This document shows positions 19,349-29,145 of a stretch of 32,000 nucleotides of DNA, piece after piece (within the stretch, counting starts at the first letter, position 1; each line of letters starts with the position of its first letter). The position numbers and the translations under genes were made by a program. Under the pieces are notes generated by a model. It did not search any database and had not been told where the DNA came from. It saw only the letters and a list, made by a program, of their open reading frames with translations. The stretch comes from Staphylothermus hellenicus DSM 12710. GTDB lineage: Archaea > Thermoproteota > Thermoprotei_A > Sulfolobales > Desulfurococcaceae. The stretch is taken from positions 720,001-752,000 of the forward strand of contig NC_014205.1 in NCBI RefSeq assembly GCF_000092465.1. Reading direction: 5' to 3'.

Positions 19349-20713
19349 ATGAGAAAGAAATTATACCCCATAGCTATAACGATTGCTGGTAGTGATTCCG
19401 GCGGTGGAGCAGGGATAGAGGCCGATCTTAAAACTTTCGCCGCACTAGGAGTCCATGGAGTTGTTGCTATAACTAGTGTAACGGCTCAAAATACTTATCA
19501 GGTGACTGGTATTCATGATTTGCCTCCTGAAATGGTTGCTAGACAAATAGTTACTGTATGGGAGGATATGGGTATTGATGCTGGTAAAACTGGCATGCTT
19601 AGCAATTCCGAAATTATTAGAGTCGTGGCTGAAACTGTTTCTAAGCTTGGATTCCCATTAGTAGTTGATCCAGTAATGATTGCTAAAAGTGGAGCACCAC
19701 TTTTAAAACCCGAGGCAATGAGTACACTTATAAAATACATGGTACCAATAGCTACTGTAATCACTCCGAATAGATATGAAGCTGAAAAAATTACCGGCAT
19801 GAAGATCAATAATATAGAGGATGCTAGGAAAGCTGCAAAATATATTGTTGAAGAACTAGGGGCAACAGCAGCTATAGTTAAAGGAGGGCATATTGGGGTA
19901 GGAGATGAATCTATTGATATAATGTACTATAATAGTAAATTCTACGAATTTAGAGCACCCAGAATAACAGGTGGATGCACACATGGTACAGGATGTTCAT
20001 TCTCAGCCGCAATAGCCGCAGAGCTTGCAAAAGGAAAAGACATTGTTGAAGCTGTTAAAACCGCTAAGAAATTCATAACAATGGCTATAAAGTACGGGGT
20101 TAAAATAGGAAAGGGAGCATGCCCAGTTAATCCAATGGCTTGGATCGAGATACCTGCATTAAAGTATCACGCTGTTGAATCCGTGAAGGAGGCTTTACAG
20201 ATCATAATTGAGAACCAGAAGCTCTTCAATAAGTATATTCCCGAAACAGGCTCAAATCTAGTAATGGCAATAGATCCTAGATATGCTGAGACAATAAATG
20301 ATGTTGCAGGGGTTAAGGGTAGAATAGTTAGATATGGCGATAGAGTAAAAATTGTTGGGCCAGTAGAATTTGGAGCTTCAAGTCATATGGCTAGACTCGT
20401 ACTCACAGCTATGAAATACGATCCAAGCATTAGATCAGCTATGAATTTGAAATATGATGAGAAACTAGTAGAGAAGGCAGTGAAGAAAGGATACTTTGTC
20501 GTATATATTGATCGTAGAACTGAGCCGGAAGAAGTTCGCCGAGTGGAAGGTAGAAGTATACCCTGGATTATGGAAACAGCGTTTAAGAAGAAGGGAAGAA
20601 TTCCAGACATAATATATGATACTGGAGATGTTGGCAAAGAAGCAATGATAAGAGTGCTTGGAAGATCCCCTGGAGAAGTAGTAATTAAAGCATTAAGCAT
20701 TATTCAAGAATAA
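19349..20713 (+). CDS. thiDN: Bifunctional HMP/HMP-P kinase (ThiD) fused to a ThiN-type thiamine-phosphate synthase domain
   Basis: 454 aa. The N-terminal [26 protein letters not shown] is the ThiD signature. An extra C-terminal domain of about 180 aa matches the archaeal ThiDN architecture. A strong GAGGGGGG Shine-Dalgarno-like sequence lies upstream. Confidence 0.88.
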   Translation: MRKKLYPIAITIAGSDSGGGAGIEADLKTFAALGVHGVVAITSVTAQNTYQVTGIHDLPPEMVARQIVTVWEDMGIDAGKTGMLSNSEIIRVVAETVSKLGFPLVVDPVMIAKSGAPLLKPEAMSTLIKYMVPIATVITPNRYEAEKITGMKINNIEDARKAAKYIVEELGATAAIVKGGHIGVGDESIDIMYYNSKFYEFRAPRITGGCTHGTGCSFSAAIAAELAKGKDIVEAVKTAKKFITMAIKYGVKIGKGACPVNPMAWIEIPALKYHAVESVKEALQIIIENQKLFNKYIPETGSNLVMAIDPRYAETINDVAGVKGRIVRYGDRVKIVGPVEFGASSHMARLVLTAMKYDPSIRSAMNLKYDEKLVEKAVKKGYFVVYIDRRTEPEEVRRVEGRSIPWIMETAFKKKGRIPDIIYDTGDVGKEAMIRVLGRSPGEVVIKALSIIQE

Positions 20714-20717
20714 TATA

Positions 20718-21200
20718 TTAAGGTAAAGGACAATCCTCTTTAATTACGTCAAGAACTATGCTTGGATAAAGTTTTTGCACACCTTCAAGTTGCTCTATTT
20801 CTTTATGAATACGCATAATATCATCACTATCTTTACCCCATATGACAGCAATTAATGAATGATCACCTGATGTTATAGCAATATATTTAATATATGGCTT
20901 ATTCTTAAGAGCCTGAATCACATTGAATAAACGGGTTGGATCAACATTTATTCCCGTAATTGATACTTTAGCGTATCCAAGCTTTTTAGGATCAACTATT
21001 ATAGTATATTTTTTAATAACTCCGTCTTTTTCAAGTCTCCTAATCCTCTTAATCACTGCTACATCGCTTAAACCAACTTTTTTAGCTATCTCATTATATG
21101 TAGCACGAGCATTTTCCATGAGTATTTTTAATATCTTCATATCTGTTTCATCAATCACTCTGGGACACCCCCTCTTTATATCCCTTAATCCTAAAAACAC
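20718..21200 (-). CDS. Lrp/AsnC family transcriptional regulator
   Basis: IDETDMKILKILMENARATYNEIAKKVGLSDVAVIKRIRRLEKDGVI is the HTH region, followed by a C-terminal RAM-like domain. GTG at 21158 would give an 8-nt overlap with the upstream gene. It is a plausible alternative to ATG 21200. Confidence 0.85.
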   Translation of the reverse strand: MFLGLRDIKRGCPRVIDETDMKILKILMENARATYNEIAKKVGLSDVAVIKRIRRLEKDGVIKKYTIIVDPKKLGYAKVSITGINVDPTRLFNVIQALKNKPYIKYIAITSGDHSLIAVIWGKDSDDIMRIHKEIEQLEGVQKLYPSIVLDVIKEDCPLP

Positions 21201-21498
21201 CTACCCTAATATTTTCTGTCTCCTTATCTGGTTCGAGATATTCAACTAGCTCAGCTTCTACTCCTAGATCTTCGAGGACATAAACCATGTCTTCAACCCA
21301 ATCCCTTACTCCACAGGTAAAACAAAACGATCCCTCAAACAATATCTTTACTTTATCACCATTTATTTCTAGAAGCGTGGCTTTTGCTTCAGGCGCTCTA
21401 AACTTGTTATATAGCTCTATTGCTTTCGAAAGAATCTTCTTAACCTCGCCGCTATTCTTTAAAAAAGAAGATTTATTTATGGCCAAATTATTTTTCAC
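21151..21498 (-). CDS. Small CxxC protein of unknown function
   Basis: 115 aa. KVKILFEGSFCFTCGVRDWVEDMVYVLEDLG places a CxxC at a predicted strand-helix junction. Tightly packed between the SOR and Lrp genes. Confidence 0.5.
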   Translation of the reverse strand: MKNNLAINKSSFLKNSGEVKKILSKAIELYNKFRAPEAKATLLEINGDKVKILFEGSFCFTCGVRDWVEDMVYVLEDLGVEAELVEYLEPDKETENIRVGVFRIKGYKEGVSQSD

Positions 21499-21509
21499 CC
21501 AAGCATGGC

Positions 21510-21938
21510 TTATTTCTCAACTTTAATTTCTTTACGGGCTTCCCATAAACCATGTAGGTTACAATATGCTACAGCATATAAGACGCCGCTCTTCTCAAGC
21601 TTGACCGTGAATTCCACTTCTGGCTCTGCATATACTGGGGTCCAAAGTGCTCTGCCTAGGAGTATGGGGTTGAATGCTCTTCCCTCCTCCTCAAAGTAGA
21701 GCTCTACCCATCTAATACTGTGTTCTACCTTGTTAGGATGTGGTCCAACACTTATTCTTATCTTGAACGGCTCGCCTGCTTTAACTTTATCTGGTGCTTC
21801 GATTTTTGGTGTATGAGATTCCACCTTAGTTATGGCTTCACCAGATGCTGTTTCAGGAGTATAGATTAGGTCTCCAAACTTCTTCATATACTTCACCAGT
21901 CTAAGAATATGTCTAGGTTTCCTAATATATTTTATCAA
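21510..21938 (-). CDS. sor: Superoxide reductase (neelaredoxin-type, 1Fe-SOR)
   Basis: Iron ligand motifs ESHTPKIE, PHPNKVEHSIRW and YCNLHGLWE. The likely true start is ATG 21887 (MKKFGDLIYTPE). Confidence 0.9.
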   Translation of the reverse strand: MIKYIRKPRHILRLVKYMKKFGDLIYTPETASGEAITKVESHTPKIEAPDKVKAGEPFKIRISVGPHPNKVEHSIRWVELYFEEEGRAFNPILLGRALWTPVYAEPEVEFTVKLEKSGVLYAVAYCNLHGLWEARKEIKVEK

Positions 21939-21993
21939 TATATAATTAGAAATAGTTAAAAATTCTTCTAATTTGAGTAAAAAATAATATTTT

Positions 21994-23166
21994 TCATATT
22001 AGGGAAATTAACCATTTCTCTAAATCTTCACGATTCGGTAGTTCAGGTGTTAATCCATGATATCTCTTCATTCTCTCGTTTTCATAAAAGAACTTGACAG
22101 CTTCCTTAACGTCTTCGACTCCGAACCCATATGTTGAAAATGGCTCGTTAAATCCTATTTCTTCGAGGAACTTATTATATGCTTTCTGAGCTTTTTCAGC
22201 ATCTTCTATTCTAGGTTTTAACTCTGGATCCAGTGGTTTCAGTATTCTAGCCATTACTTCGGGGTCTAACTTATAGAAGAACTGTAATAATGCTTTATAT
22301 AATATAGCTAGTCCTGCTCCATGAGGCAGTTTAGGGTTGAATCCGCTGAATACATGTTCTAATCCATGTGCTATATGGGTTACTCCGTGATCAATGCTTA
22401 TTCCAGCAATCATTGATGCATATAGGAGCCAGTATCTTGTCTCCAGATCATCTAGTTTCTCCAGTGCTCTGGGAAGATATTTTACTATATGCTTAATCGC
22501 TTCTTCTGCGAGAACCCATGTATATGGGCTGGACCGTGTAGATGTCGCTGATTCAACAGCGTGAGCAAACGCATCTATAGAAGTATATATTGTCTGGTTT
22601 CTCGGAAGAGTCCTCGTATATCTTGGATCATCGATTGATACATTGGGGTAACCAGCACTTATACCTATTTTTTCCTTGGTCTCTACATTGCTTACAACAG
22701 CATATTTATCAATTTCTGTTCCAGTACCATGAGTTAGATTAACTGCTAGGAGAAACGGTAGTTTCTCGGGATAAGGTTTTCTACCATATAAGTAATCAGC
22801 AACGCTTCCACCACCACTTATAACTAGCCTAGCAACTTTTGCTGAATCAATAATGCTGCCACCACCTATAGCGATAATGGCTTCGGCTCCAAATTCTCTA
22901 TAAGCTTTCACTATTCCCCCAACATTTTCTACTGTAGGATTAGGCACAATGTCATTATAGATAGTATATTTTATTCCATGCTTATCGAGGATACTAGTCA
23001 CATCGTCAAGAGCGCCTGATATCTTTGCTGATCTACGCCCTGTAACTAATAATACTCTTTCATAAGCCTTAACGTATTCCTCAGCATTACCAATAACGTT
23101 TATGCCGAAGAATAATTTAACTCCGCCATTATAGACTTGGAAAGATAGAGTCTTCATCAAGAACAC
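21994..23166 (-). CDS. Iron-containing (group III) alcohol dehydrogenase
   Basis: 390 aa with GGGSIIDSAKV and the metal-site His motifs HAVES, HGVTHIAHGLEH. Confidence 0.88.
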   Translation of the reverse strand: MFLMKTLSFQVYNGGVKLFFGINVIGNAEEYVKAYERVLLVTGRRSAKISGALDDVTSILDKHGIKYTIYNDIVPNPTVENVGGIVKAYREFGAEAIIAIGGGSIIDSAKVARLVISGGGSVADYLYGRKPYPEKLPFLLAVNLTHGTGTEIDKYAVVSNVETKEKIGISAGYPNVSIDDPRYTRTLPRNQTIYTSIDAFAHAVESATSTRSSPYTWVLAEEAIKHIVKYLPRALEKLDDLETRYWLLYASMIAGISIDHGVTHIAHGLEHVFSGFNPKLPHGAGLAILYKALLQFFYKLDPEVMARILKPLDPELKPRIEDAEKAQKAYNKFLEEIGFNEPFSTYGFGVEDVKEAVKFFYENERMKRYHGLTPELPNREDLEKWLISLI

Positions 23167-23241
23167 CCTCTAAATTATAGACTCTATAAATTAGCTTATT
23201 ATTAGCATCCTAAATAAGATTGCAATTAAATTAGGAAGAAA

Positions 23242-25218
23242 CTATATATCGAGGCTTTCTCCTTTCCTCCTCTTCGTTGCTGAATAGATATAATACGTTA
23301 TTAAACCGAGTGCGAAGCCTGTTATTATCCCCAAAACATAGTATCCCATATCGTGTATACTTGTATTGATCTCATTTATTCCCGTATTATTAGATGGTAA
23401 TCTATTAGCGGGTGTTTCAGTTTTATTACTTGGATTAATAGCTGGTGTATTAGGTGGAAGAGATACAGTGTTTTCAATGAGGTTTAATGATGAATTCTTC
23501 GACATAAATATGGAAGCATACATTATTCCTTTCAATAATACATACATCGAGTCTACGTAGTCATTAATATATATGTATTGATTACTAGCTGTGAATGTAT
23601 AGTTCATGTAGTCTTTAATTGTTGTAAGATTATAATAGATTAAATGTTCTCTCATTAGATACGTAGTTATGTTTGAGTAAGCAGTATTGTTTTGTATAAA
23701 AAGCGTTTCTATCCCTATATCCGCATATGTAATGCTATCGATCAATAATCCTATTGATGCAGCCGTGTAATTGGTTGTATAAGCATTTACTGCATCCTGA
23801 AAATAATTTACCGCCTCAGCTATGTACTGGTTTCCACCTCCAACATCGTTTGCTAAACTATAAGCATATGAAACAACTGAATCAGATAAACTATATAGGG
23901 TCATAAAGGAATCCGTGATGTTTAAATTTTCTTTACCAAACATTGACGAAATATTAAGTAATTGATCAGAGAAGTACAGCTTGACAACTATATCAGCTAA
24001 TTTTTCTATATCGCTAGTAGTAAATGATGTATTGTTTTTGCCGAGTAATCCTATATAGTTTGTTAATGCTTGAAAATATAGTTCATGCGACTCAATTAAT
24101 AGCGGGTTTAAGCCGGGGCCAGCATTAGATAATTTATAGTGGAGATCATTTATGGTTTCATTAATCATCGACATAGTGTTTTCTAAATTTAGTTTTCCAA
24201 GCATTGATTTATATAGCCAGTTTATGTAAATGTTTTCTTTAAGCACTTTATTAGAATAAATGAAGGATGCGATGGATAGATTCTTATCTATTAATTGTTT
24301 TAACTGATAATTCATTTCCTCAACATTATTGATCTGATCGTATAGCTGTATTCTAGTAAACAAATCTAATTGATTAAACAGTTTCTTAGACTCATTAAAT
24401 AGATTTATTGATCTAACATAGTTTTCCCATGCAAACTTATCTATAATGTTGAGAACAGAATTGTTCATAACTATTTCCGCGCCCTTAATAGGCTTCACAG
24501 TGATTCCGAGAAAATACTTCATAGCATCAAAGATGTTGCCTACCTCGATAACTGTTACATTAAGCTTTTCACCCTCCTTAACAAGGTCTATTGGCGCATA
24601 TTTTATAGTCTCATAATATCCCCAGAGAACCCTCTTAACAATTCTTTTCTCAACATAAACTATTCTCTGACCAATTGGTATTAGGAAAACCTTGAACCCA
24701 TTATCAGCGACAGCATGGAGTTTCCCTAGAAGCCCGCCGACAGGGCCAATGCTTCCATCAGGATTTATCATTCCAGTCATCGTTACATTAGGGTTCAATG
24801 TCTTATTCAGAAACAATGATATAAACCCAATAGTCATCAACCCACCAGCACTCGGCCCCCCAACTACGAGAGAATTACTAGTCATAACTACGTAGTAGTC
24901 GTAGGAGTAAAAGTTTCGGCCTGTAATAGTTGAAGCAACATATGCTGCAATACGCGCTGTTGCTTGAGTATCTGGTTCAACGAGTGGTTTCGCAGAAAAA
25001 TAAACCATTCCAGAACCTGGATAAACAATTGTGAGATTTACTCGTAGAACAGCTCCCTCACCACTACGTGTAACTGCGGGAGCATAAACGACTACCGACT
25101 TTCTAAACGAGTGAATATTTAAATATACAGGATAAGCATTCACAACAATCATCGTCGACAATATAATGATAAACACAAGTATCGACGAAACTATTCTCAG
25201 ATACTGCAATTCAAACAT
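23242..25218 (-). CDS. Membrane-anchored Lon-like (S16) serine peptidase without an AAA+ domain
   Basis: 658 aa. N-terminal TM helix. The Lon proteolytic domain has the Ser motif VGGPSAGG and the Lys motif GGLLGKLHAVADNGFKVFLIP. A long Asn/Tyr-rich region carries many N-x-S/T sequons. A Pro/Thr/Asn linker and a C-terminal TM plus KRRK anchor follow. Confidence 0.8.
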   Translation of the reverse strand: MFELQYLRIVSSILVFIIILSTMIVVNAYPVYLNIHSFRKSVVVYAPAVTRSGEGAVLRVNLTIVYPGSGMVYFSAKPLVEPDTQATARIAAYVASTITGRNFYSYDYYVVMTSNSLVVGGPSAGGLMTIGFISLFLNKTLNPNVTMTGMINPDGSIGPVGGLLGKLHAVADNGFKVFLIPIGQRIVYVEKRIVKRVLWGYYETIKYAPIDLVKEGEKLNVTVIEVGNIFDAMKYFLGITVKPIKGAEIVMNNSVLNIIDKFAWENYVRSINLFNESKKLFNQLDLFTRIQLYDQINNVEEMNYQLKQLIDKNLSIASFIYSNKVLKENIYINWLYKSMLGKLNLENTMSMINETINDLHYKLSNAGPGLNPLLIESHELYFQALTNYIGLLGKNNTSFTTSDIEKLADIVVKLYFSDQLLNISSMFGKENLNITDSFMTLYSLSDSVVSYAYSLANDVGGGNQYIAEAVNYFQDAVNAYTTNYTAASIGLLIDSITYADIGIETLFIQNNTAYSNITTYLMREHLIYYNLTTIKDYMNYTFTASNQYIYINDYVDSMYVLLKGIMYASIFMSKNSSLNLIENTVSLPPNTPAINPSNKTETPANRLPSNNTGINEINTSIHDMGYYVLGIITGFALGLITYYIYSATKRRKGESLDI

Positions 25219-25509
25219 CCTCTATGAACTCTTTTACCACCAAAAATAAGATTAACTAATGTAATTATAACCTTTAACATAGAAGGCACTAGTTATTATT
25301 AAATTAATATAATGGATCAACTACATCATCGAAACAAAATATAATTATGGATAACCAGGTTATTTCCAATTGAAACATTAAATAATAAAGAACCCCCTAT
25401 CGAGAATTCTTTAAAATATAGTAATTGAATCTTAACAGTTTTCCTTCTATAATCTATTAAGAATTATATATGGTAGCACTTTATGAAAGAATAAGTTATG
25501 GGGATATGA

Positions 25510-25866
25510 TTGCTTGTCTTAGAGCCAGATAAAGGAATCCTTCGCAAAGCAGGTAAAAAAGAACTATATGAAGCAGTATATTTATTAACAATGCTGATCC
25601 CTATAGGAAAAGTTACAACTTATAAATCAATTGCTAAAATACTAGGTATTCATCCGAGAACAGTTGGAATAGTTTTGAAGAAAAATAGTAAACCAATAAT
25701 AGTTCCATGCCATAGAGTAATAAGCTCAAATGGATCAATAGGAGGCTATAGTTGGGGAGGTAAAAATGTTAAGAAGAAACTACTAGAAATAGAAGGCGTT
25801 AGAATAATAGGTGAAAAAGTAGATCCTGAATACATAATTGATATAGGTGAGCAACTCATCTCTTAA
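25510..25866 (+). CDS. ogt: Methylated-DNA-protein-cysteine methyltransferase, single-domain (MGMT/Ogt C-terminal domain)
   Basis: 118 aa, TTG start. IPIGKVTTYKSIAKILG (HTH) and the active-site motif IVPCHRVISSNGSIGGY. Confidence 0.85.
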   Translation: MLVLEPDKGILRKAGKKELYEAVYLLTMLIPIGKVTTYKSIAKILGIHPRTVGIVLKKNSKPIIVPCHRVISSNGSIGGYSWGGKNVKKKLLEIEGVRIIGEKVDPEYIIDIGEQLIS

Positions 25867-26314
25867 TATTTACATATAAGTATTCAGCAATACTTCTAAT
25901 AATATAAGGCAATGAACCCAGCAAGCTTCTCAACGAGTATCTATAGATCAGGAATTTCCCATTATAGTATACTTGGTAAAACTCTATTGTTCTCCAGAAC
26001 CGTTCCAATAATAATGAATATATTCTTAGAACAACTAGCAGATACAATATAAATCTTAGCTTATCAATTCTAATAAATAATAATATTTCAGCAAGAGTAA
26101 TTGTTATTGCAACAGGTATTATGAGCGAGTATATGTATAGATAACCAAGTAAATTATATAATTGAACATTGTAGATAATGCTTGAAAAAAATATTATTAC
26201 AGCAATAATAATTAAGCCGAACAAATAAGAAAACATTGATTGAAAACCTCTAACTCTATAAATAATATATGAGCCAAAAAAGACCACTATAGGCAGTAAT
26301 TCTGGAAACAACAT
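25856..26314 (-). CDS. Small polytopic membrane protein, possible short or truncated ECF T-component
   Basis: 152 aa, hydrophobic. It is the last gene of the S / double-ATPase / membrane array. T components are usually about 230-270 aa (231 aa for ykoC here), so it may be truncated. The family call rests on context only. Confidence 0.4.
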   Translation of the reverse strand: MLFPELLPIVVFFGSYIIYRVRGFQSMFSYLFGLIIIAVIIFFSSIIYNVQLYNLLGYLYIYSLIIPVAITITLAEILLFIRIDKLRFILYLLVVLRIYSLLLERFWRTIEFYQVYYNGKFLIYRYSLRSLLGSLPYIIRSIAEYLYVNIKR

Positions 26315-26356
26315 ATCTGAAAATACAGGTAGAGAAAACCAATTGTAACAGCTAGT

Positions 26357-27576
26357 CTAAGGAGCAAATAAATATAGCCCTTCAACAGCATGGAGTTCAT
26401 CACCACTTGGCAAAGTAGATACTACAATGCCTCCACTGTTTAGGAACTTATCTACGAGTTCTTCTACAATTTTAGCCTTCTCATAATCTATATATTCAAG
26501 ACCCCCATCAATTAATAATATGTCAGGTCTCTTCATGAGTTGAGGAATTAGAATTACTAGTCTTTTTTCTCCATCACTATGCTCATAAAAGAACCTATCC
26601 TCTATTCTTATTCCTAAATTCCTGAGAATTCTTGTCGAATTCTTATAACAATTATTGTTGTTACTGCAAAGTTCTCTTATTACAGTTTCTGTATCGCTCC
26701 ATGAGAAAATCATTGATACATCATCTGGGACAAAGCCTATACTGCCTTTTATTTCGCGATAGCCATATATTTTCAAGACCCCGCTAATACCTAGTAGGAT
26801 AGATGTTTTTCCTGCACCATTAGAGCCGATAATGGTTATTGAGCTTCCAGGCCTAAGATCTATTTCGGGAATACGTATTCTTCTTTTACCCCTTCTTACA
26901 TATGCGTTTTTAATAACTATTTTTCCTCTACCAGAGCTTAGAGGATCAATTTGTTTGAGCTCATATATATTGATTTGATGCTTCTTTATAGATGTGATGC
27001 TGTATGTTTTCCAACCATCTAATCTGGTCTTCGCCGTAGCTATAATTATTTTTCCATGGCTAACCAGTTCTCTTAATAATTCAGAAACCATTATTTTGTT
27101 TCTGGGATCAAGAGCTTCGAAGGGTTCGTCGAAAAAACTATGTCCGGATCGATATGATTGTCTTCAATATTTCCAAAATCCTTTTTTCACCATAGCTCAT
27201 GTCAGAGATCCTTTTTGTTAGCACATGCTTATATTGATCTAATTGTTTAAGCTCTAGTTGTTTAAACAATGATGTATTTTCCTTATTAGCATACATTGTA
27301 TATATTAGTTCTTCAATTCCTGTTTTTCCAATATTAATGATCCATGGTTCTTGGGGGATGTAATAGCTTTTTCCATCTACAACTATTTCTCCCTCAACTT
27401 CTATATTGTAAAGATCAAGGGCTATGCCTGAGAGAGTTTTTAATAAAATAGTTTTACCTGCTCCAGTTTTTCCTACATATAAGTTTTGGGAGGGCTCATG
27501 AACCTCTAGGTTTTCAGGCAGTATGATTTGCTCATCTATTTTTATTCTAGCATTTTTTTACTAGTATATTCGCCAT
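26357..27576 (-). pseudogene. Fused double ABC/ECF ATPase disrupted by two frameshifts
   Basis: ATG 27576 gives MANILVKKC*, with a TAG at 27549-27547 just after an A7 run (27553-27559). The next frame has no start codon. It encodes ...ARIKIDEQIILPENLEVHEPSQNLYVGKTGAGKT...MSYGEKRILEILKTIISIRT* and stops at 27140-27138. A third frame continues SGHSFFDEPFEALD...GSNGAGKTS...HSDGEKR...ILLIDGG to 26357. The track lists only the last 244 codons. Confidence 0.7.
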
Positions 27577-27600
27577 TCTTAGTCATCCATTTATAAATAA

Positions 27601-28295
27601 CTATTGTGATTGATAGAATTTCCTCCACGGTTTCAATACTGGTAACAATATTATCGCACCTATCAATATCAGTATTGTTCTTTCAATAGGATAAATATAT
27701 GCTACGTATTTCCATAGACTTATCAAGCCAACTATAGAGGGATACGTTATCGATGCTCCAAGGCTTCCTCCTACATGGTCAGCTATTACACCATAAATAA
27801 TAGCTCCCAATTCTTTAAGCATAGGAATTCTATGTTTGAACAAATAGTATACTGCAAGATAAGCTATTGGAACTAATCCATCATAGTATAGGTATTCAAT
27901 ATATTTATCGATAAAGAATATATGTACCAGAACAAATCCCAGTATCCCCATATACAGTATCGCTAACGATAATAGTGGGGAGTCTTTTTTGAACATTAGT
28001 GATGTAATCCATGATAAGAGTAGTGGGAGGAAATAAAAGTACCCTAATAAACTAACTATACCTGGATTCACGAGTGGGGTAAGTATTAATGATATAATTA
28101 CAACTAGGATAAAATTACAACTAGTAATCCATGGAAGGGATTAAGAAACAATCCGATAATAGTACCTGATAATGCTCCAAGAGTGATTACTCCCCCACTG
28201 AATCCTATTACTGGAAAAGCTGGTATTACCGACAATACTAGAACCAGAGCTGAAAACGACAATATAATTGATAGATCTCTTATGGTTAACTCCAT
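27601..28295 (-). pseudogene. ECF S-component-like membrane protein split by a 17-bp tandem duplication
   Basis: Track ORFs 28104-28295 (63 aa) and 27601-28071 (156 aa, GTG start) are both hydrophobic and 224 nt out of register. Removing one 17-bp repeat copy gives one continuous 225-aa ORF (...HGLLVVILSLILTPLVNPGIVSLLGY...). Confidence 0.62.
28091..28124. repeat. 17-bp tandem direct duplication (2 copies, 1 mismatch)
   Basis: GATATAATTACAACTAG (28091-28107) is immediately followed by GATAAAATTACAACTAG (28108-28124). Confidence 0.95.
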
Positions 28296-28416
28296 TACTT
28301 CAGCCCTCCCAATGTCTTTCTCTTATTTATTTAAAGAAATATTTTATAGATTAATTTAAATAAATTATGGAATGTTAAGGTAAAATACAATTAATATGTT
28401 AGTAGAAGTATGTCAA

Positions 28417-29091
28417 TTATATTCTCTTCCAACTAGCTATTAGCGCTCGCAAATAATCTCCTACATCTTCACATGAATCAGCAGCTTCTTCGAGGTCTTG
28501 GTTTAGATCATGAACAAGTAATGCTAATGTAATTGGTTTGAGTTGTTCAGAATATTCGAGAAGCTTTCCCCGATTCTCTAGATTTATCTGGTCAGCCTCT
28601 TCCTCTAATTTCTCTATTTCACTTATCAGTTCTACTGCTTCTCCATATTCTCCACTCATAGTACTCTTTATTGCCCTATTCACCTTCTCAGCTAGTTCAA
28701 CAACTTTATCAATAAGTTTCTCTATACCCTCCCTAATCGGTTGTGGAACCTCGAGGTATGGTATAATTATTAGTTCGCGAGCAGCTTCCTTGATCCAGTC
28801 AGCAACAGAATCTATTCTTTTAATGAGGTGGAAAAAATCCTCCTTAAACCCTGGATCTATTCTGGATTCTTCAAGTAAAGCAATTATTTTCTTCTTAACA
28901 ATATCTGCTTCGCTCTCAATTTTCATTGTATCTCTTAATTTTCTGCGCGCCTCGCCTATTCTCATTTCATTTAGTAGTTTAATGGAATCTAGAAAGGAAC
29001 CAGTCAGATCACTTAATTTATCTACTAGTTCGTCTAACAAGATAATAATTTGCTCAGGCAATATGTCTTTGAACAATACTGCTTCCCTCAT
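28417..29091 (-). CDS. DUF47 / PhoU-like putative phosphate-transport regulator
   Basis: 224-aa all-helical protein with two repeats carrying the E-x-E-A-D pattern: KIESEADIVKKKI...KEDFFHLIKRIDSVADWI and KLEEEADQINLEN...LEEAADSCEDVGDY. Confidence 0.75.
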   Translation of the reverse strand: MREAVLFKDILPEQIIILLDELVDKLSDLTGSFLDSIKLLNEMRIGEARRKLRDTMKIESEADIVKKKIIALLEESRIDPGFKEDFFHLIKRIDSVADWIKEAARELIIIPYLEVPQPIREGIEKLIDKVVELAEKVNRAIKSTMSGEYGEAVELISEIEKLEEEADQINLENRGKLLEYSEQLKPITLALLVHDLNQDLEEAADSCEDVGDYLRALIASWKRI

Positions 29092-29145
29092 TCTTGCTCT
29101 ATATAAGTATGAGAATATAAATATAACAATTGATGAGAGATAGAA

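Noticed and set aside
27601-28295. Treating 28104-28295 and 27601-28071 as two genuine small membrane-protein genes.
   Set aside because: The junction coincides exactly with a 17-bp tandem duplication, and removing it restores one continuous frame. A single disrupted gene is the simpler reading.
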